Below, in pieces: positions 49,909 through 64,000 of a stretch of 64,000 nucleotides of DNA. Every line of letters starts with the position of its first letter. The first letter of the stretch is position 1. The notes beneath the pieces were generated by a model. That model was not told the origin of the DNA and searched no databases. It saw nothing but the letters and a program-made list of their open reading frames with translations. This stretch comes from Octopus vulgaris (lineage: Eukaryota): contig OX597815.1 of assembly GCA_951406725.2 (NCBI GenBank), forward strand, positions 78,926,001-78,990,000, given 5' to 3'. The translations under genes were made by a program, and so were the position numbers.

Positions 49909-50205
49909 TAAGTTCTTAAGCAGATAAGGCCAAAAATGTCACTAGAAGCTGGGATCACCAAGCGTAGATTGGCATATTTCGGTCATATTATGCGGAGAGA
50001 ATCCCTGGAGAACGACATCATGCTCGGAATGGTCAGTGGCAAGAGAGGAAGAGGCCGACCAAGAACCCGCTGGCTTGACACCATCAGGAGTGATACCGGA
50101 ATGGTCATGGCCAGTCTGAAGGAAGCGGCCCAGGATAGAACTGACTGGAGGACACTGATCCAATGATTGGCCGAGAGTCGACTTCGACTGAGTGGATAGA
50201 AGAAG
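49905..50205 (+). mobile_element. RTE/BovB-like LINE 3' fragment with (GAA)n tail
   Basis: [39 protein letters not shown]; TA repeats on both sides; a different family from the (GAT)n RTE. Confidence 0.88.
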
Positions 50206-57000
<6,795 letters not shown>

Positions 57001-57004
<4 letters not shown>

Positions 57005-58632
57005 AAGTCAGCTGCTGGTCCAGATGGTTTCCCAGCCATCCTCCTCAAAGCGTGTAAGCATGCCCTGGCAAAACCCCTCAAGATTCTCTTCCAGAGCTTT
57101 CTTGCGAATGGCAAACTGCCAAGCAAGCTGAAGGAGGGAATAATATGCCCAATACATAAAGGGGAAAGTAGAGCAGATGCTAAAAACTATAGGCCTATCT
57201 CTCTGACTTCACACATCAGCAAAGTCATGGAACGGATAGTCAGTAAGAAACTAATCCCATTCCTTGAGGAAAATAACTTGCTGAGTGATACCCAGCATAG
57301 TTTTTGACCAGGTAGGAGCTGCCTGACCCAGCTCTTACAGCATTATGACTGGGTGTTGAGGCAGTTACTCAACAAATCAAATGTGGACGTAATCTACCTT
57401 GATTTTGCAAAGCTTTTGACAAGGTGGATCATGGTATGATATGCCACAAACTGCATGACCTCGGCATAGCTGGAAAACTTGGAGTGTGGTTGCATGACTT
57501 CCTGAAAGATAGGAGTCAGACAGTAGTGGTTAATGGAGCCACCTCTATGAACACACAAATAATGAGCGGTGTTCCACAGGGCACTGTCTTGGGACCACTG
57601 CTTTTTATAGTGGCCCTCAAATGCCCGGATAGCCACTCTGGCCAGCTATGCAGATGATACGAAAGTCTCGCAGAAAATACAGAACCCCAGCGATGTTGCA
57701 CACCTGCAGCAGGAGTTGGACTCAATCTACAGATGGGCTGAGGATAATAATATGCAGTTTAATGCTGAAAAATTCCAGGCCCTGTACTACCAGCATCCAA
57801 AACTGAATATTAAACTTACAAGATACACCAGTCCACAGGGAATTTAAATCCCAGAGCCTAAGTCTGTGAGGGACCTGGGTATCGACATGAGTGATGATAC
57901 CTCTTTCCAAGTTCACATTACCAGGATGGCGACAAAGTGCAGACGACTGGCTGGGTGGATCCTAAGAACATTCAGAACCAGAGATATGGAAACCATGATG
58001 GTCCTCTGGCGGACATTCGTCCTCAGCCGCCTGGATTACTGCTCACAATGTAAAATTAACCCACCAATGAAAATTAAAAGCGGACCTTGAAGCAATTCAG
58101 AGAAGATTCACAAAGAAGATCGTCTCTTTGCAACAGCTCAGCTACTGGGAAAGGTTGAAACAGCTGAGACTGTACTCTCTGGAGAGAAGACGGGAGAGGT
58201 ATGCAGTAATATATGTCTGGAAGATCCTGGAAGGAATTGTGCCAAATTTTGGCATTGTAAGCTACACCAATGCTAGAATGGGACGACACTGCACAGTGCC
58301 AAAGATCCCAGCAATGCCATCACGCTTCAGGACCAGCTTCTGCAACAGCCTGGGTTTCAAGGGCCCACAGCTTTTTAATATTCTCCCAAAGAGTCTGAGG
58401 AACTTGCACAAAGTAGATGTAGCGGTTTTTAAATCAAAGCTGGACATCTTCCTGTCAACAGTCCCAGATGAACCTACCTCACGGCAAGAGGTGCAAATGA
58501 GAGTAGCTGTATCAAACTCCATTCTTCACCAAGTGCCACATATTAGATAAGGTTTGTCGTAATAACAGTGTAGCACAAAACGGCAGTGCATCAGCATGGC
58601 TGCAGCTCTGAGCTGAGACTAGAAAAAAAAAA
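57001..58632 (+). mobile_element. 5'-truncated CR1/L2-group LINE, several stops and frameshifts
   Basis: [43 protein letters not shown]; A-rich tail; TA repeats on both sides. Confidence 0.92.
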
Positions 58633-58795
58633 TGTATGTATATATATATATATATATGTATATATAAGTATGTATATATATATGTAAGTATGTATATATA
58701 TATGTAAGTATATATATATGTATGTATGTAAGTATATATATATATGTATGTAAGTATATATATATATGTATGTATGTATATATATATATGTATGT

Positions 58796-58839
<44 letters not shown>

Positions 58840-58903
58840 GTATAATAAGTTTGAAAACCCATATATATGATAAATTTTAATTTTCTTAGTATATTTTCAT
58901 ATG

Positions 58904-58955
<52 letters not shown>

Positions 58956-58972
58956 TATGATATATATATATA

Positions 58973-59017
<45 letters not shown>

Positions 59018-59048
59018 GCATATATATATATATATGCATATATATATA

Positions 59049-59082
<34 letters not shown>

Positions 59083-59195
59083 TATATATATATATATGCA
59101 TATATATATATGTATATATATATATATGTATATATATATGTATGTATATATATATGCATATATATATATATGCATATATATATATATATATGTAT

Positions 59196-59236
<41 letters not shown>

Positions 59237-59274
59237 TATATATATATGTATATATATATGTATGTATATATATA
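58633..59274. repeat. (TA)-based compound microsatellite
   Basis: direct inspection. Confidence 0.95.
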
Positions 59275-59358
59275 TACTCTTTTACTCTTTTACTCTTTTA
59301 CTTGTTTCAGCCATCCGGCTGAGGCCATGCTGGGGTACCGCCCTTGTTGCTACCCTCT

Positions 59359-61371
59359 CTAAGTCCAGTTTGCCGTGGCTGGCCACTGATCTAAGAGAGA
59401 GTTTGTAGCTGCTGCCCTTAGGTTACCTTCGTACCTTGCCGTGGGTTCATCTGGGATCCCGGAAAGCAGCTTGTCTAGATGTTTTTTGAAAATGTCCACA
59501 TCCGCATCATGTAGATCTCTTAGTTTTCTTGGCAGTTTGTTGAAAAGCTGAGGGCCCCTGAACCCCAGGCTATTACAGTATCTGCTCCTTACCCTGGATG
59601 TGGAAGACGGGACCTTTGGCACCACACAGTGACGTCCTGTACGGGGATTGGAACAGCTCTCAATTCCAAAATTTGGTGCTAGTCCCTCCAGGATTTTCCA
59701 TATGTATATCACTGCATATCTCTCTCGTCTTCGTTCCAAGGAGTACAAATTGAGTTCCCTAAGCCTCTCCCAATAGTTCTTATCTTTCATGGTGGAAATC
59801 CTCTTGGTGAAATGTCTTTGGATTGTCTCAAGCTCTGTGGTTAGTTTGACACTATGCGGTGACCACAGTTGGGAGCAGTAGTCCAGGCGGCTTAGGACAA
59901 ATGTCCTCCATAGTGTCAACATGGTCTCGCAGTCTCTTGTCCGGAATGTCCTCAGGATCCAGCCAGTGAGTCGTCTGCACATTGTCGCCACCTTCGCGAT
60001 GTGTGAAGAAAAAGATGCATCGTCACTCATGTCTATCCCCAGGTCCCGTATTGATTTCGATACTGGGATTTCGATCCCTCCTGGACCAGTATAGTTGTGT
60101 TGTAATGTATATGTGTTTACAGCTTGATATTGTAAGGCTTGAAATTTACCAGCATTAAATTGCATGTTGTTGTCTTCAGCCCATTTGTATATGGCATCCA
60201 GATCTTGTTGTAAAAGGTCAGCATCAGCTGGGTTTTTGATTGCCTGTGCTACCTTTGTGTCATCAGCATAGCTAGTGAGGGATGTTGTTTGTGCTACCAA
60301 GGGCATGTCAGAGAGCGCCACCAAAAACAGCAAGGGTCCCAAGACTGTGCCCTGTGGCACCCCGCTTGCTATTGGTGTCTTTCCCGAGAGGGCTCCATTG
60401 GCTGCAACCATCTGGCTTCTGTCCTTCAGGAAGTCATGTATCCACTCACCTACTTTTCCTGTTATGCCGAGTCTGAGTAATTTGTGACATATCACTCCGT
60501 GGTCGACTTTGTCAAAGGCCTTCGCAAAGTCGAGATATACCACATCCACCTGTGAGCGATCCAGTAGTTGTTTCAGTACCCAGTCGTAGTGTTGTAACAG
60601 CTGCGTAAGGCAGCTTCTTCCTGGGCGAAAGCCATGCTGTGTGTCAGTGAGACGGTTAGTTTCTTCGAGGAACGTGATCAGTTTTTTTCTGATGATTCGT
60701 TCCATGACCTTACTTATGTGTGACGTCAGGGAGACTGGCCTGTAGTTTTTGGCCTCTGCTCTACTCCCTCCTTTGTGGATAGGGCATATGGTGCCTTCTT
60801 TTAGCGCCCTGGGCAGTTTACCGTTAGCCAAGGAACCACTGAAGAGCTTCTTCAGTGGTCCCGCTAGGGCATGCCTGCATGTTTTTAGGAGGACTGCTGG
60901 GAATCCATCTGGTCCAGCAGCTGAGTTTATTCTCATTTCTTCTATGGCAGATATTACATCCCTCTCTGTTATGTCTATGTGGTCGATGGTTGTTGTTTGG
61001 TTTTGGAGTGTTGTGGCATCAAAGAAAACTTCTGGGTTTGTGATTTGCATGTGCCCCAGAGGGGATGTGAACACACTTTTATACTGTTCCTTTAGTATTT
61101 CACTTATCCCTTGGGGGTCCTCAGTTAGAGAGCCCTTTTTATCAAAGAGTGGGCCAATCTTGCAGTGTACCGAGGTGGTTTCTTTCGCAAATTTAAAGAA
61201 GGCTTTAGGGTTTGTTTTAATATTCTCTATGGCCCTGGCTTCTCTCTCTGCCCTCTCCTTCTCATAGGAAAGTTTGAGTGCAGTTTCCGTTTCAAAAAGT
61301 TTCAGGTGGAGTCCCTCATTGTTTCTCTGCCGTGCATTCAGTTGCTTCGAGAGCTTAGCTCTTCGCCTCAT
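59359..61371 (-). CDS. LINE ORF2 reverse transcriptase part (670 aa)
   Basis: [39 protein letters not shown]. Confidence 0.92.
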   Translation of the reverse strand: MRRRAKLSKQLNARQRNNEGLHLKLFETETALKLSYEKERAEREARAIENIKTNPKAFFKFAKETTSVHCKIGPLFDKKGSLTEDPQGISEILKEQYKSVFTSPLGHMQITNPEVFFDATTLQNQTTTIDHIDITERDVISAIEEMRINSAAGPDGFPAVLLKTCRHALAGPLKKLFSGSLANGKLPRALKEGTICPIHKGGSRAEAKNYRPVSLTSHISKVMERIIRKKLITFLEETNRLTDTQHGFRPGRSCLTQLLQHYDWVLKQLLDRSQVDVVYLDFAKAFDKVDHGVICHKLLRLGITGKVGEWIHDFLKDRSQMVAANGALSGKTPIASGVPQGTVLGPLLFLVALSDMPLVAQTTSLTSYADDTKVAQAIKNPADADLLQQDLDAIYKWAEDNNMQFNAGKFQALQYQAVNTYTLQHNYTGPGGIEIPVSKSIRDLGIDMSDDASFSSHIAKVATMCRRLTGWILRTFRTRDCETMLTLWRTFVLSRLDYCSQLWSPHSVKLTTELETIQRHFTKRISTMKDKNYWERLRELNLYSLERRRERYAVIYIWKILEGLAPNFGIESCSNPRTGRHCVVPKVPSSTSRVRSRYCNSLGFRGPQLFNKLPRKLRDLHDADVDIFKKHLDKLLSGIPDEPTARYEGNLRAAATNSLLDQWPATANWT

Positions 61372-62312
61372 AAGTATTTTCCTGTCTCTGGGAATAACGT
61401 TCCTATGCCCGCTGGCTTTTTCTCCGGGACAAACTTATGGCATATGTTCTGTATTGTTGTCATGAAATGTTGGAAATGTGTGTTGGTGTCTTGTGTGGTG
61501 ATGAAGTCACTCCAGTCATGTTTTCGGATCTCTTCGTTGATCTTCTTCCAGTTTGCCTTATGGAAGTTTAGACTGGATAGGCCTGTGGTATTTTCTAATG
61601 GCTGCATCTCAACTAACTCTCTCATACCATATATCATTACCTCTACTAAGTTGTGATCTGAGAGAATTGTTGGTGTTACCATTATGTTGTGGATGAGCAT
61701 CGGGTTGCTTGTGAAACAGAGGTCCAAGACATTCTCACCTCTTGTTGGCCAAAGCACTGCTTGCTCCATGAAAAACTTGCGTGTGAGAGCCAACAAGGAC
61801 TCTGTCTGTCTCTGTTCAAGTGATGTCATTCCAGGGAGGAGATGGCCATCTGGCCATTTGACTTTCGGAAGGTTAAAATCTCCCAGCAGTAGAATGGTGT
61901 TACCCTGGTCCAGTTTGTCCAGGACTTCTTCTATTCTTCTGAGGCTATCTTCAAACACTCCTTCATGACTAGGGGTGTCTGGTGGCCGATATGTGACACA
62001 TATTACTATTTTCAGTTGTTTCATGTGTACTATCAGTGTGTCACAGACTGAGTTTGAGTGTGTCAACAGTACTATGGGTGTGACATCTTCACGGACGTAC
62101 AGGGCAACCCCACCATGAGTTCTTTCCTTCCTGTCCGACCGAAAAACAGTATACTTCGGTATGTGTATTTCTGCATCTGCTATACTGCTTGACAGGTGCG
62201 TTTCAGTCAGCGCTATGCATATTGCATGGTTGCTTGTGCTCAAGTCCCTAAGGTAAGGAATTTTACCCATATTAGTGGGTTTCACCAGACCTCTGACATT
62301 CAGCAGAAGCAC
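61368..62312 (-). CDS. LINE ORF2 apurinic-type endonuclease part
   Basis: NVRGL, LTETHL, YRPP, GDFNLP, LDLCF, SDHN; no ATG at the annotated start, frame runs into (TA)n. Confidence 0.9.
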   Translation of the reverse strand: MLLLNVRGLVKPTNMGKIPYLRDLSTSNHAICIALTETHLSSSIADAEIHIPKYTVFRSDRKERTHGGVALYVREDVTPIVLLTHSNSVCDTLIVHMKQLKIVICVTYRPPDTPSHEGVFEDSLRRIEEVLDKLDQGNTILLLGDFNLPKVKWPDGHLLPGMTSLEQRQTESLLALTRKFFMEQAVLWPTRGENVLDLCFTSNPMLIHNIMVTPTILSDHNLVEVMIYGMRELVEMQPLENTTGLSSLNFHKANWKKINEEIRKHDWSDFITTQDTNTHFQHFMTTIQNICHKFVPEKKPAGIGTLFPETGKYL

Positions 62313-62348
62313 TGGTGAGACACCCGTGTCAATAAAGGCTGACGGCCT

Positions 62349-64000
<1,652 letters not shown>

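Larger units (their letters stand above)
59275..62348 (-). mobile_element. young CR1/L2-group LINE, 5'-truncated just before the endonuclease, (AAAAGAGT)n tail
   Basis: endonuclease plus RT with a single frame break; 8-bp tail repeats at 59275-59300; TA repeats on both sides. Confidence 0.93.

Overview
Eukaryotic, AT-rich, repeat-dense genomic DNA. It is most likely a coleoid cephalopod such as Octopus, inferred from the SINE families, (GAT)n-tailed RTE LINEs and huge (TA)n tracts, and not proven from the sequence alone. The only host gene is the 3' half of a THADA/Trm732 homologue on the + strand: 17 coding exons from 1369 to the stop at 42588, all GT-AG and phase-compatible, about 897 aa. 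Its 17.3-kb last intron holds a stack of mobile DNA. This includes a Penelope-like RT remnant split by a Helitron and a near-intact RTE-clade LINE (APE endonuclease, RT, PHD-type finger) preceded by exactly eight 349-bp head-to-tail monomers. It also includes a CR1/L2-group LINE fragment, a nested palindrome and two small elements with variant hammerhead-ribozyme folds. Downstream are two mariner-type relics, a long-TIR element, a 6.8-kb (TA)/(TATG) tract and two more CR1/L2-group LINE copies. Best leads: (1) the monomer-array RTE element; (2) one tRNA-type SINE head paired with either of two LINE-derived tails, with both partner LINEs present in the window; (3) minimal hammerhead ribozymes at the centres of intronic palindromes, including a family with a non-canonical core. 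All calls are by eye; no searches were run.
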